Counted from the stretch's first letter, positions 1 to 8,037 are shown. The stretch is 19,661 nt of DNA from Coleofasciculus chthonoplastes F2-STO-03 (GCA_040222015.1 JAVJWO010000202.1:1-19661); one strand, 5' to 3'. Made by a program: numbers and translations. The notes: generated by a model not told the origin, from the sequence alone.

Positions 1-141
1 TCAAGGCAAAATCTAGGGATGGGCAATCCCGAAGTAACGCTACAGGAGTTGGAGCCTCTACGCTACTTGGCGCAAGCCTGGTAGAGCAAGTTCTGACGAT
101 GAATGTAGAATCCCACGCGCTTTAAGCCGTGGGAGTGTCAA
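1..141 (+). mobile_element. Right end of an IS200/IS605-family element: tnpB 3' end plus right-end hairpin / omegaRNA region
   Basis: Subterminal hairpin TCCCACG(111-117)...CGTGGGA(128-134) followed by GTGTCAA (135-141). This matches the usual GAATCCC...GGGAG..GTCAA right-end signature of cyanobacterial IS605/IS1341 elements. Confidence 0.8.
3..125 (+). CDS. tnpB: C-terminal tail of TnpB (RNA-guided endonuclease), 5'-partial
   Basis: Frame is open from the window edge: KAKSRDGQSRSNATGVGASTLLGASLVEQVLTMNVESHAL*, TAA at 123-125 inside the right-end hairpin. The ...G.S.SNA.G...ES..L* tail is typical of TnpB. The catalytic domain lies outside the window. Confidence 0.7.
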   Translation, partial: KAKSRDGQSRSNATGVGASTLLGASLVEQVLTMNVESHAL

Positions 142-161
142 AACCAAGGGAAAATATTGAT

Positions 162-995
162 ATGTCAATTGACTGGCAAACCGCCAAAATCTACGAGGAT
201 ATTCTTTATCACAAAGCCGACGGTATCGCCAAAATCACCATTAATCGCCCCCACAAGCGTAACGCCTTCCGCCCTAAAACTGTTTTTGAACTCTACGACG
301 CCTTTTGTAACGCCCGCGAAGACCAGAGAATTGGTGTTGTTTTATTAACCGGGGCGGGTCCTCACACGGATGGTAAATATGCCTTCTGTTCTGGAGGGGA
401 TCAAAGCGTTCGGGATAAGGCGGGATATGTTGGGGATGATGGCGTTCCTCGCTTAAATGTCTTGGACTTACAACGCCTGATTCGTTCTATGCCCAAAGTG
501 GTGATTGCCTTAGTCGCTGGGTATGCCATTGGCGGTGGTCATGTGTTGCACGTTATCTGTGACCTAACCATTGCCGCAGATAATGCCATCTTTGGTCAAA
601 CGGGTCCAAAAGTCGGCAGCTTTGATGGTGGGTTTGGCGCTAGCTATCTCGCCAGAATCGTGGGTCAGAAGAAAGCACGAGAAATTTGGTTCCTCTGTCG
701 CCAGTATACGGCACAAGAGGCGCTGGATATGGGTTTGGTGAACACTGTTGTCCCGGTAGACCAGTTGGAAGCGGAGGGGATTCAGTGGGCAAGGGAAATT
801 TTACAAAAAAGTCCTATTGCTATCCGTTGCTTAAAAGCGGCGTTTAACGCTGACTGTGATGGTCAAGCAGGCTTACAAGAACTGGCTGGAAATGCCACGT
901 TACTGTACTACATGACGGAGGAGGGGGCAGAAGGGAAACAAGCCTTCCTGGAAAAGCGCCCTCCTGATTTCCGTCAATATCCTTGGTTACCGTAG
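162..995 (+). CDS. menB: 1,4-dihydroxy-2-naphthoyl-CoA synthase (crotonase family)
   Basis: Motifs [44 protein letters not shown] and [13 protein letters not shown] at 162 is preferred because the GTG at 129 lies inside the IS end. Confidence 0.97.
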   Translation: MSIDWQTAKIYEDILYHKADGIAKITINRPHKRNAFRPKTVFELYDAFCNAREDQRIGVVLLTGAGPHTDGKYAFCSGGDQSVRDKAGYVGDDGVPRLNVLDLQRLIRSMPKVVIALVAGYAIGGGHVLHVICDLTIAADNAIFGQTGPKVGSFDGGFGASYLARIVGQKKAREIWFLCRQYTAQEALDMGLVNTVVPVDQLEAEGIQWAREILQKSPIAIRCLKAAFNADCDGQAGLQELAGNATLLYYMTEEGAEGKQAFLEKRPPDFRQYPWLP

Positions 996-1020
996 TTTGA
1001 CACTGTTCGTTAGGTCTTTC

Positions 1021-1112
1021 ATATCATGTCTTGACGATTGCCCATAATTGCAATGCCGTAATAACAAGGGTTTCAGGCGTTTTTATTTGGGGTGTTTGAC
1101 CGGACATGATAT
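1021..1112. mobile_element. 92-bp MITE-like element with terminal inverted repeats
   Basis: ATATCATGTC (1021-1030) and GACATGATAT (1103-1112) are a perfect 10-bp inverted repeat with weaker similarity extending inward. No ORF inside. Confidence 0.6.
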
Positions 1113-1118
1113 CACTCG

Positions 1119-1245
1119 GTCGGGGCGGGTTTAGTCACTTATGGATGAATCAGAAACGATAATGGTGAAACCCGCCCCTACACAAAGGCGGGTTTAGTCA
1201 CATCTGGGTGAATCAGAAACGATAACGGTAAAACCCGCCCCTACA
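1119..1245. repeat. Tandem pair of REP/REPIN-like GGGGCGGGTTT-N35-AAACCCGCCCCTAC elements
   Basis: Copies at 1119-1181 and 1187-1244, period 63 bp, 5 mismatches over 59 bp. The same family occurs at 7745, 7945 and 10978. Confidence 0.85.
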
Positions 1246-1424
1246 TAAATTTTCTCAAAGATTAAGATTGGGTTATCAAAAATTAATTAAAAGGAAATCC
1301 ACTAAAACCATAACAACTCAAGGGTGAATTTTATGCCTTCACTGATCTGAATGGGTTCAATTGATGAAGGCTGTAAGTAACCTCTAACCAACTGATACTC
1401 TAGCCGAACGTTATCAAAGGGAAA

Positions 1425-1733
1425 TTACACAAGAGCAACTTTAGTTGCCACGTTTTCAGGGTTTGATGTCTGAACTTTTGTCGAGGGCGTCGGCTGGGAA
1501 TGTCTCTGGGAGCAGGTTGTAGCTAAATCTTCTCTCAACAGGCGTTTATCATCAAGCCATATTTGCTCAAAACTTTCCCACGAGGGCGCAAAGGGTGGAA
1601 GGGCTAAGGAACAAGCTTTCCAATTGGCTTTAACGGGTACGCCAAGTTGCTGACACGTACCGCCGCGCCGTCCTTCAAGTTGGTAATAGCGACAAAACTG
1701 ACAAGCAGACGTTGAGCATTTGAAGGTTTTCAT
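1425..1733 (-). CDS. Small Cys-rich hypothetical protein
   Basis: 102-aa ORF with CSTSACQFCRYYQLEGRRGGTCQQLGVPVKANWKAC and PPFAPSWE, preceded by an AT-rich upstream region. It resembles a cyanobacterial conserved hypothetical family (from memory). Confidence 0.75.
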   Translation of the reverse strand: MKTFKCSTSACQFCRYYQLEGRRGGTCQQLGVPVKANWKACSLALPPFAPSWESFEQIWLDDKRLLREDLATTCSQRHSQPTPSTKVQTSNPENVATKVALV

Positions 1734-2050
1734 TGGATGTCTTAAAAAATGAACGTTTAATTAGCTGCCTATATCTTATTAATTTCCATTATTTTTTACT
1801 TAAACTATTGATATTTTATCTTTTCTTTATAATTGCTTTATATATAAACACATTTTCGTAAAGAAACGAAACAATCGGTTAAGCTTGGTCAGAAAAATGA
1901 TGAATTTTTTGTTAAACCTAATGGGGATCAAGGCTAAAGGATAGACCTAATGTATAGTTAGACACGAAATTTTAGCGATAAATTCAAACGAGAATGATAA
2001 GTTAAACCGATCTGACAGGTCAGCATTCATAAGCCCGGTCAAGGCAACCG

Positions 2051-2593
2051 CTAACCCTGCCACTGCTTAGTCGCACACAAGCCACAAACGTGCCAGCGTT
2101 TCAGTTCTCCTGGCGGTGTCGGACAATGGCATTGAGGACACAGGGGTAGGTTCTGCGATCGCGCCTGTATTTTCGCCGCCCACTGTGCAAATGCGGTTTG
2201 GGGTGTAGGCTTTTTTACAGGCGGATCGGCAGCAGATGAGACATTCGGTTCATCCATAAGGCTGGGATGTTCCGATTCCTCAGTCTGGGGTAAGGTTTGC
2301 TCTTGATACCACAATCCGGGCGAAAAGCGGATAGTCTCTATCGGCGTGGACAATCGAGCATTAAGCTGTTTCAAAATAGAACGGCAATTTAAACTCAGAT
2401 CTTGAGACCAAACCGAACTTGACGTGGCAACATAAAGAATTGAACGGGATAGTGAATGGGGTCTAGTTTGCTGCGCCCTATCTGCACCCACAACATCAGC
2501 CCAACAGTCGCGGATCTGTTGAAATTGCTGTTGACCTTGCCAAAACTGCTGATTATCCAGTGCCTCTACTATATGATTAAGAGATTTCAGCAT
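2051..2593 (-). CDS. DUF721/DciA-family protein with C-terminal Zn ribbon
   Basis: WADVVG..AQQTRP...LYVATSSSVWSQDL (DUF721 core) and CPQCHCPTPPGELKRWHVCGLC (Zn-ribbon Cys pairs). Confidence 0.85.
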   Translation of the reverse strand: MLKSLNHIVEALDNQQFWQGQQQFQQIRDCWADVVGADRAQQTRPHSLSRSILYVATSSSVWSQDLSLNCRSILKQLNARLSTPIETIRFSPGLWYQEQTLPQTEESEHPSLMDEPNVSSAADPPVKKPTPQTAFAQWAAKIQARSQNLPLCPQCHCPTPPGELKRWHVCGLCATKQWQG

Positions 2594-2709
2594 GAGTATT
2601 TATGCTTTCCTATACAGTTATCCTAAACCAACACTATCCTTAACTATTGTCTTCGTGATCACAACAAGCCTCTAACTCAACCCTGCCGGATTAAACGGAA
2701 GTTCCCTTC

Positions 2710-4035
2710 ATGAGCCAAAAAACCTCAGCTAAATCATCCACTCCTTCCTCCCCCCTGTCGATTAACCCTGCTTTGCAGACGGCTTTAGGGAGCCTAGACG
2801 TGCAACTCGAAGCCGAATTAGCTCGCTATCGACGCCAACGCCGAGGACGTGGTATCACATCTCCCCAACTGCCGGGGCGTTACCCCAAACAGAAATCTGG
2901 AGTCAATCAGCTTGAGCCGACAACAGCGTCTCCTATTTCTATCGCCCCAGCCGCCGATTCTACGAGTTCTCCCGGAGACATTAATCGGCAATCCTCTCAA
3001 GTGAGTGGTTCTCCCACACCAGAAAAGAAAGAATCCCCAGAGACTGAACCCACTCCACCCCTGTTTCCGCCCCTACTTAGCCAGGAAGCCCCCTTGGTGA
3101 AGACTCAGGAGCAAAGGGTTACTGACTCGCAAAGTCTTGAGGAATCCCTAGAAGGGGAAGGTAAATTAATTGTCCCGACAACGGATCAGTCTCAGCCAGA
3201 AGACTATTTAGAATCCTCAGAAAAACTACGGCAAACCTTAGCCGAACAGGAAACCACAACGGAACCCCAAAAACCCGTATCGAATAGAATCCTCACTCCC
3301 CTCGGTGTCGGTTCGATTTTGCTGTTGCTGGTTTCGAGTGCGACATTGACCTATATTTTTCGGACTAGCCTAGGGCTTGACTTCTTAGAAACTGAGACAC
3401 CCACGACGGCTGAGAATTCAACAGCGACAACCGCTAATGGGGTCAATGAATTACTCGGCGTAAATAAACCGAATCTCGCCAGTGATGATGAATTCCCAGA
3501 CGTGAATATCAATACACTCCCTAATCTGAAAGCCAATCCAACCTCTAGTCCAAGTGCTTCACCCATCGCCCCCATCCCCAATTCACCGCCTCCAGCAGCG
3601 GCTCCACCCACGGCTTCAGTCCTACCTTTACCCCAGTTACCGAATCCAGCTTCAAATTTACCATCAGCCCTTTTAACTCGTCCTACCCCACCACCTCCAA
3701 CGGCGACGCCATCGGTGACACCAAATTCCTCACCCGCTCAACCCGAATCATCGACTAACAAGTCCTCAGAACAGGCGAATAAATCCACCTCGGCTGCACC
3801 GAGTCCAAACAACGCCACCTCGAATCTGAGTGATGAGTTCTATTATGTGCTGATTAACTCCAGCGATAGTAGTGTGTTGGAGACAGCCCAAACTATTGTC
3901 CCTGATGCCTATGTGGTGAACGTACCCGCAGGGACAAGAATTGCTATGGGTGCATTTAAACTAGAGTCAGAAGCCAAAACCCTCGTCGAGAGGCTTAAGC
4001 AACAGGGACTTTCTGCATCGATTTATAACCCTTAG
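2710..4035 (+). CDS. Pro/Ser-rich single-pass membrane protein with SPOR-like C-terminal domain
   Basis: N-terminal LGSLDVQLEAELARYRRQR, hydrophobic segment LTPLGVGSILLLLVSSATLTYIF, long Pro-rich linker, and C-terminal IAMGAFKLESEAKTLVERLKQQGLSA (SPOR-like). Confidence 0.75.
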   Translation: MSQKTSAKSSTPSSPLSINPALQTALGSLDVQLEAELARYRRQRRGRGITSPQLPGRYPKQKSGVNQLEPTTASPISIAPAADSTSSPGDINRQSSQVSGSPTPEKKESPETEPTPPLFPPLLSQEAPLVKTQEQRVTDSQSLEESLEGEGKLIVPTTDQSQPEDYLESSEKLRQTLAEQETTTEPQKPVSNRILTPLGVGSILLLLVSSATLTYIFRTSLGLDFLETETPTTAENSTATTANGVNELLGVNKPNLASDDEFPDVNINTLPNLKANPTSSPSASPIAPIPNSPPPAAAPPTASVLPLPQLPNPASNLPSALLTRPTPPPPTATPSVTPNSSPAQPESSTNKSSEQANKSTSAAPSPNNATSNLSDEFYYVLINSSDSSVLETAQTIVPDAYVVNVPAGTRIAMGAFKLESEAKTLVERLKQQGLSASIYNP

Positions 4036-4137
4036 TAACTATCGATGTGTCTACTGCTATAAGACCAAGGACTAAAGAAGCTTGAGATATCATGGTGTGA
4101 AAGTTTTCCCAACCCCTAACCACAATGGAGAGCTGCT

Positions 4138-5166
4138 ATGGGATTGATGGAGCGCATCGGGCGAGTGATTCGCTCCACCCTGAATAGCCTGATTGGACAA
4201 GTCGAAGATCCAGAGAAAATTCTGGAACAAGCAGTGGAAGATCCAGAGAAAATTCTGGAGCAAGCCATTATTGTCATGCAAGGAGATCTGGTACAACTGC
4301 GCCAAGCCGTTGCCCGATCCATTGCTACGCAAAAACGTACCGAGCAACAATACAATAAATACGAATCTGAAGACAATACCTGGCAGCAACGCGCCCAAAT
4401 TGCCCTGCAAGAAGGGGATGAAAACCAAGCCCAGGAAGCATTACAGGGTAAAAAAGCAGTCGCTAAAATGGCTCAAGCTCTACAAGCACAACTGGCTGAG
4501 CAACGTGAGATTGTTACTGAACTTAAAAAAGATATGCGGACTTTAGAGAGTAAAATCTCGGATGCAAAAACGAAAAAAGACCTTTATATTGCCAGAGCGC
4601 GTTCGGCTCAAGCCTCAGAGAAAATTAACCAGATGCGGGGAAATCTCAACACAGCCTTTGAGCGCATGGACAGATTACAGGAACTCGAAGCCCGATCAGA
4701 GGCGATCGCAGAATCTTCCAGTAGGGAGCGCATCGGGCGAGTGATTCACATTAATCTGAATAGGCTGATTGGAAAAGCCGAAAATCCAGAGAAAATTCTG
4801 GAGCAAGCCATTATTGACATGCAAGAAGATCTGGTACAACTGCGCCAAGCCGTTGATCAATTAATTGCTACGCAAAAACGTACCGAGCGACAATACCATA
4901 AATACGAATCTGAAGCCAATACCTGGCAGCAACGCGCCCAACTTGCCCTGCAAAAAGGGGATGAAAACCTTGCCCGCGAAGCACTCCAGCGCAAAAAATC
5001 CTTCGCTGAAATGGCTCAAGCTCTACAAGCACAACTGGCTGAGCAACGTGAGATTGTTACTGAACTTAAAGAATATATGCTGACTTTAGAGAGTAAAATC
5101 TCGGAGGCAAAAACGAAAAAAGACCTTTATATTGCCAGATCGGGTTCGGCTCAAGCCTCGGTTTAA
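4138..5166 (+). CDS. Chimeric two-unit PspA/IM30 protein (pspA/vipp1 mosaic; possibly decaying)
   Basis: 342-aa ORF with two internal units (starting 4150 and 4726), each built from segments nearly identical to 5413-6177 and 6504-7283. Its upstream region (~4077-4137) duplicates 5351-5412. Confidence 0.8.
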   Translation: MGLMERIGRVIRSTLNSLIGQVEDPEKILEQAVEDPEKILEQAIIVMQGDLVQLRQAVARSIATQKRTEQQYNKYESEDNTWQQRAQIALQEGDENQAQEALQGKKAVAKMAQALQAQLAEQREIVTELKKDMRTLESKISDAKTKKDLYIARARSAQASEKINQMRGNLNTAFERMDRLQELEARSEAIAESSSRERIGRVIHINLNRLIGKAENPEKILEQAIIDMQEDLVQLRQAVDQLIATQKRTERQYHKYESEANTWQQRAQLALQKGDENLAREALQRKKSFAEMAQALQAQLAEQREIVTELKEYMLTLESKISEAKTKKDLYIARSGSAQASV

Positions 5167-5286
5167 ATTAATGCGGTAATCTATACAGGTAAAGCCCTCA
5201 GAGCAGTTGAGCCCATGGAAAACAAATTGCTGAAACTCGAATCCGAGTAGAAGCGATCGCACAACCCTCTAGTGGCGATGAACTGG
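5167..5286 (+). pseudogene. Decayed continuation of the duplicated pspA segment after the TAA stop
   Basis: Similar to pspA ~5866-5996 (shared GCGATCGCA...CTCTAGTGGCGATGAACTGG) but carries deletions, including a 1-bp loss before the HIP1 site. Confidence 0.7.
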
Positions 5287-5317
5287 CTCGGTGATTGGGG
5301 AACTCTTAACAGAGAAT

Positions 5318-5345
5318 GACATAAGACATAAGACATAAGACATAA
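5318..5345. repeat. STRR-type heptamer tandem repeat (GACATAA)x4
   Basis: Four exact copies at 5318, 5325, 5332 and 5339. Confidence 0.9.
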
Positions 5346-5412
5346 GACCAAGAAGCCTGAGATACCATAGTGATAAAGTTTTCCCAACCCCTAACCACAA
5401 TGGAGAGCTGCT

Positions 5413-6177
5413 ATGGGATTGATTGAGCGCATCGGGCGAGTGATTCGCGCCAACCTGAATAGCCTGATTGGACAAGCCGAAGATCCAGAGAAAATTCTGG
5501 AACAAGCTGTGGACGATATGCAGCAGGATTTAATCCAAATGCGGCAGGCTGTCGCTCAAGCGATCGCGTCCCAAAAACGTACAGAACGCCAAGCCTCTCA
5601 AGCTGAATCGACTGCCAGTGAATGGTACAACCTCGCTCAACTGGCTCTGTCAAAAGGGGACGATAATTTAGCACGAGAAGCCCTAACTCGACGACAAACT
5701 CATCAGCAAACGGCTCAAGCTCTCCAGGGGCAACTGGGGCAGCAACGTGAGATTGTTACTAAACTTAAAAAAGATATGCTGACGCTAGAGAGTAAAATCT
5801 CGGAGGCAAAAACGAAAAAAGACCTTTATATTGCCAGAGCGCGTTCGGCTCAAGCCTCAGGGAACATTAACGAGATGCTAGGAAATCTCAACACAGGCGG
5901 TACTCTGAGTGCCTTTGAGCGCATGGAAGACAGAGTACACGAACTAGAAGCCCGATCAGAGGCGATCGCAGAACTCTCTAGTGGCGATGAACTGGAAAAG
6001 AAATTTAATGCCATAGAAAGTGGCAATAACGTTGATACAGAATTAGCTTCGATGAAAGCCAACCTGGGTGGCACAACGGAATCGGCAAAATTACCGTCCG
6101 CTCAAGCCGCATCGGGTAGCAATGCGGAGATTGAGGCAGAACTAGAAAAACTGCGTTCTGATCTGGATAAATCCTAG
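5413..6177 (+). CDS. pspA: PspA/IM30 family protein (PspA paralogue)
   Basis: MGLIERIGRVIRANLN, AEDPEKILEQ, GDDNLAREAL, AFERMEDRV..LEARSEA and VDTELASMKA. GGAG RBS upstream. Confidence 0.9.
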   Translation: MGLIERIGRVIRANLNSLIGQAEDPEKILEQAVDDMQQDLIQMRQAVAQAIASQKRTERQASQAESTASEWYNLAQLALSKGDDNLAREALTRRQTHQQTAQALQGQLGQQREIVTKLKKDMLTLESKISEAKTKKDLYIARARSAQASGNINEMLGNLNTGGTLSAFERMEDRVHELEARSEAIAELSSGDELEKKFNAIESGNNVDTELASMKANLGGTTESAKLPSAQAASGSNAEIEAELEKLRSDLDKS

Positions 6178-6186
6178 TTGGTGTCC

Positions 6187-6283
6187 AGAGACGTGCCATG
6201 GCACATCGTATTATGAGAAACTGGGTTTCTCGTGAGGATGACAAGGAAATATCAAGCTTTCACCCTGCATAACCCGGTTTTTT
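6187..6283. repeat. Degenerate REP-like elements
   Basis: AGAGACGTGCCATGGCAC (6187-6204) is the same family as 7344 and 11169. GAGAAACTGGGTTTCTC (6215-6231) and AACCCGGTTTTT (6271-6282) belong to a second family. Confidence 0.6.
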
Positions 6284-6503
6284 GACCGATGTCCTAGCAC
6301 TATTTAGCTGGAAGTTTTTACACTAGATGAAAAGCCTCCTGTCTTAATACCATTGGTTATGAGTGTTTCGATTACATTAACGCAGCGCTTCCTCCTAAAG
6401 ACAGGAGAGCCTCTATTCCACAAAGTTGACCCCCTAAGCAGGTTCCCAACCGTAGAGCCAGCTTGATACTTAGTTTGTACATTCCGAGAGGATAAACAAC
6501 GTC

Positions 6504-7283
6504 ATGGGACTATTCGATCGCCTGAGCCGAGTTGTCAGAGCTAATCTTAACGATATGGTTAGCAAGGCTGAAGACCCAGAAAAAATTCTGGAGCAAGCCA
6601 TTATTGATATGCAAGAAGATCTGGTACAACTGCGCCAAGCTGTTGCCCGATCCATTGCCACGCAAAAACGCACCGAGCAACAATACAATAAAAACCAATC
6701 CGAAGCCAATAACTGGCAGCAACGCGCCCAACTTGCCCTGCAAAAAGGGGATGAAAACCTTGCCCGCGAAGCACTCCAGCGCAAAAAATCCTTCGCTGAA
6801 ACAGCAACCGTACTCAAAGGTCAGCTTGAACAGCAAACGGCTCAAGTAGCCACCCTGAAGCGTAACCTAATTGCCTTGGAAAGTAAAATTTCTGAGGCGA
6901 AGACCAAAAAAGATATGCTCAAGGCACGGGTGAGTGCGGCTAAGGCAAACGAGCAGTTACAAAGCACCATTGGTCGTTTGGGAACTGGCTCGGCGATGGG
7001 GGCATTTGAGCGGATGGAAGACAAAGTGATGGAAATTGAAGCCCGTTCCCAAGCGGCTGATGAGTTGGGTGGTGCTGACTTAGAAAATCAATTTGCTGCC
7101 CTGGAATCGGGGAGTGATGTTGATGATGAGTTGACGGCAATGAAAGCCCAATTAGCCGGCGGTTCTGTCTCCCAGCCAGCGTTAGAAGGCACATCAGAGC
7201 AGAAAACTGACTCAGGTGCTGCCCGCAAATCAGAAGTTGACGACGAATTGGAACAACTGCGAAAGCAAATCGACAATTTGTAA
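6504..7283 (+). CDS. vipp1: Vesicle-inducing protein in plastids 1 (IM30)
   Basis: MGLFDRLSRVVRANLNDMVSKAEDPEKILEQ, LKRNLIALESKISEAKTKKDMLKAR, LENQFAALESGSDVDDEL, and a linker followed by the C-terminal helix EVDDELEQLRKQIDNL. GAGG RBS upstream. Confidence 0.93.
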   Translation: MGLFDRLSRVVRANLNDMVSKAEDPEKILEQAIIDMQEDLVQLRQAVARSIATQKRTEQQYNKNQSEANNWQQRAQLALQKGDENLAREALQRKKSFAETATVLKGQLEQQTAQVATLKRNLIALESKISEAKTKKDMLKARVSAAKANEQLQSTIGRLGTGSAMGAFERMEDKVMEIEARSQAADELGGADLENQFAALESGSDVDDELTAMKAQLAGGSVSQPALEGTSEQKTDSGAARKSEVDDELEQLRKQIDNL

Positions 7284-7343
7284 GCATCAGCTGTCGATCA
7301 GCCCGATCGCGTCAACCTCAGATCTTGGTAGACTACCGACTCC

Positions 7344-7373
7344 TGTAGAGACGTTGCATGCAACGTCTCTACA
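7344..7373. repeat. Perfect 30-bp GTAG-type REP palindrome
   Basis: TGTAGAGACGTTGCA|TGCAACGTCTCTACA between vipp1 and the thioredoxin gene. Confidence 0.9.
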
Positions 7374-7408
7374 TAATAAAGTAGTCTTTTGTGTTTATGG
7401 AGGGTGTT

Positions 7409-7732
7409 GTGAGTAACGTGCTTGAGATTACCGATCAAGACTTTGAAACCGAAGTTTTAAAAGCTGACAAGCCAGTGCTAGTGTATCTGTGGGCAAGTTG
7501 GTGTGGACCTTGCCGCCTGGTCTCGCCCTCGGTGAATTGGATTGCACAAAATTATAGCGAGCGCCTGAAAGTGACTAAGATGGAAGTTGATCCAAATCCT
7601 GTTACTGTGAAGCAGTACCACGTCGAAGGAGTCCCCTCACTCTTACTCTTTAAAAATGGAGAGGTTGCTCAGTTTCACGAAGGTGCTATTGGGAAGCAAA
7701 AGTTGCAGGAAATGATAGACAACCAGCTTTGA
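7409..7732 (+). CDS. Thioredoxin (x-type-like)
   Basis: VLVYLWASWCGPCRL active site and EGVPSL cis-Pro motif. GTG at 7409 follows GGAGG at 7399-7403. Confidence 0.92.
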   Translation: MSNVLEITDQDFETEVLKADKPVLVYLWASWCGPCRLVSPSVNWIAQNYSERLKVTKMEVDPNPVTVKQYHVEGVPSLLLFKNGEVAQFHEGAIGKQKLQEMIDNQL

Positions 7733-7744
7733 GTCTTTTCGGTT

Positions 7745-7893
7745 GTAGGGGTGGGTTTCACCCTGATCATTTTTTGCCACAAAAATGTCACCAGCCCCGA
7801 AGGGGCGGGTGTGGGGTGTGGGGTGTGGGGTGTAGGGGAGGAGACTACCTCCTACACCCTGCGCGAAGCGCACGTCACTAAACCCGCCCCGTC
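7745..7893. repeat. REPIN-like element interrupted by an 82-bp G-rich hairpin insert flanked by GTCAC direct repeats
   Basis: Arms GTAGGGGTGGGTTT (7745-7758) and AAACCCGCCCC (7880-7890). GTCAC at 7787-7791 and 7874-7878. The insert contains GGGGTGT repeats. Confidence 0.75.
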
Positions 7894-7944
7894 TGAATTA
7901 CAAATTGCGATTTAAAATTTCCTATTCCCTAACGAATGATTTAA

Positions 7945-8005
7945 GGGCGGGTTTAGTCCAGTTATCGGTTTGTGCCAAAATGTTATCTGTCAAACCCGCC
8001 CCTAC
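7945..8005. repeat. REP/REPIN-like GGGCGGGTTT-N37-AAACCCGCCCCTAC element
   Basis: Arms at 7945-7954 and 7992-8005. Confidence 0.85.
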
Positions 8006-8037
8006 ACCTCGGCTTCCCGAAGTCAACTAACTAAACC

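Noticed and set aside
129..161. GTG start giving menB an 11-aa N-terminal extension
   Set aside because: It lies inside the IS right-end hairpin. ATG at 162 has its own purine-rich RBS.
1119..1245. CRISPR-like repeat-spacer pattern
   Set aside because: There are only two units, the 'spacers' are near-identical to each other, the arms are inverted repeats of a dispersed family, and there are no cas genes.
1952..1965. NtcA-like site GTA-N8-CAC
   Set aside because: It mismatches the GTA-N8-TAC consensus and has no clearly positioned -10 element.
4090..7416. Many short overlapping and antisense ORFs across the pspA/vipp1 cluster
   Set aside because: These are shadow frames. Their mutual similarity only reflects the underlying duplications.
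7643..7873. 76-aa ORF containing PYTPHPTPHT
   Set aside because: It is a translation of the G-rich repeat insert and runs antisense into the thioredoxin gene.
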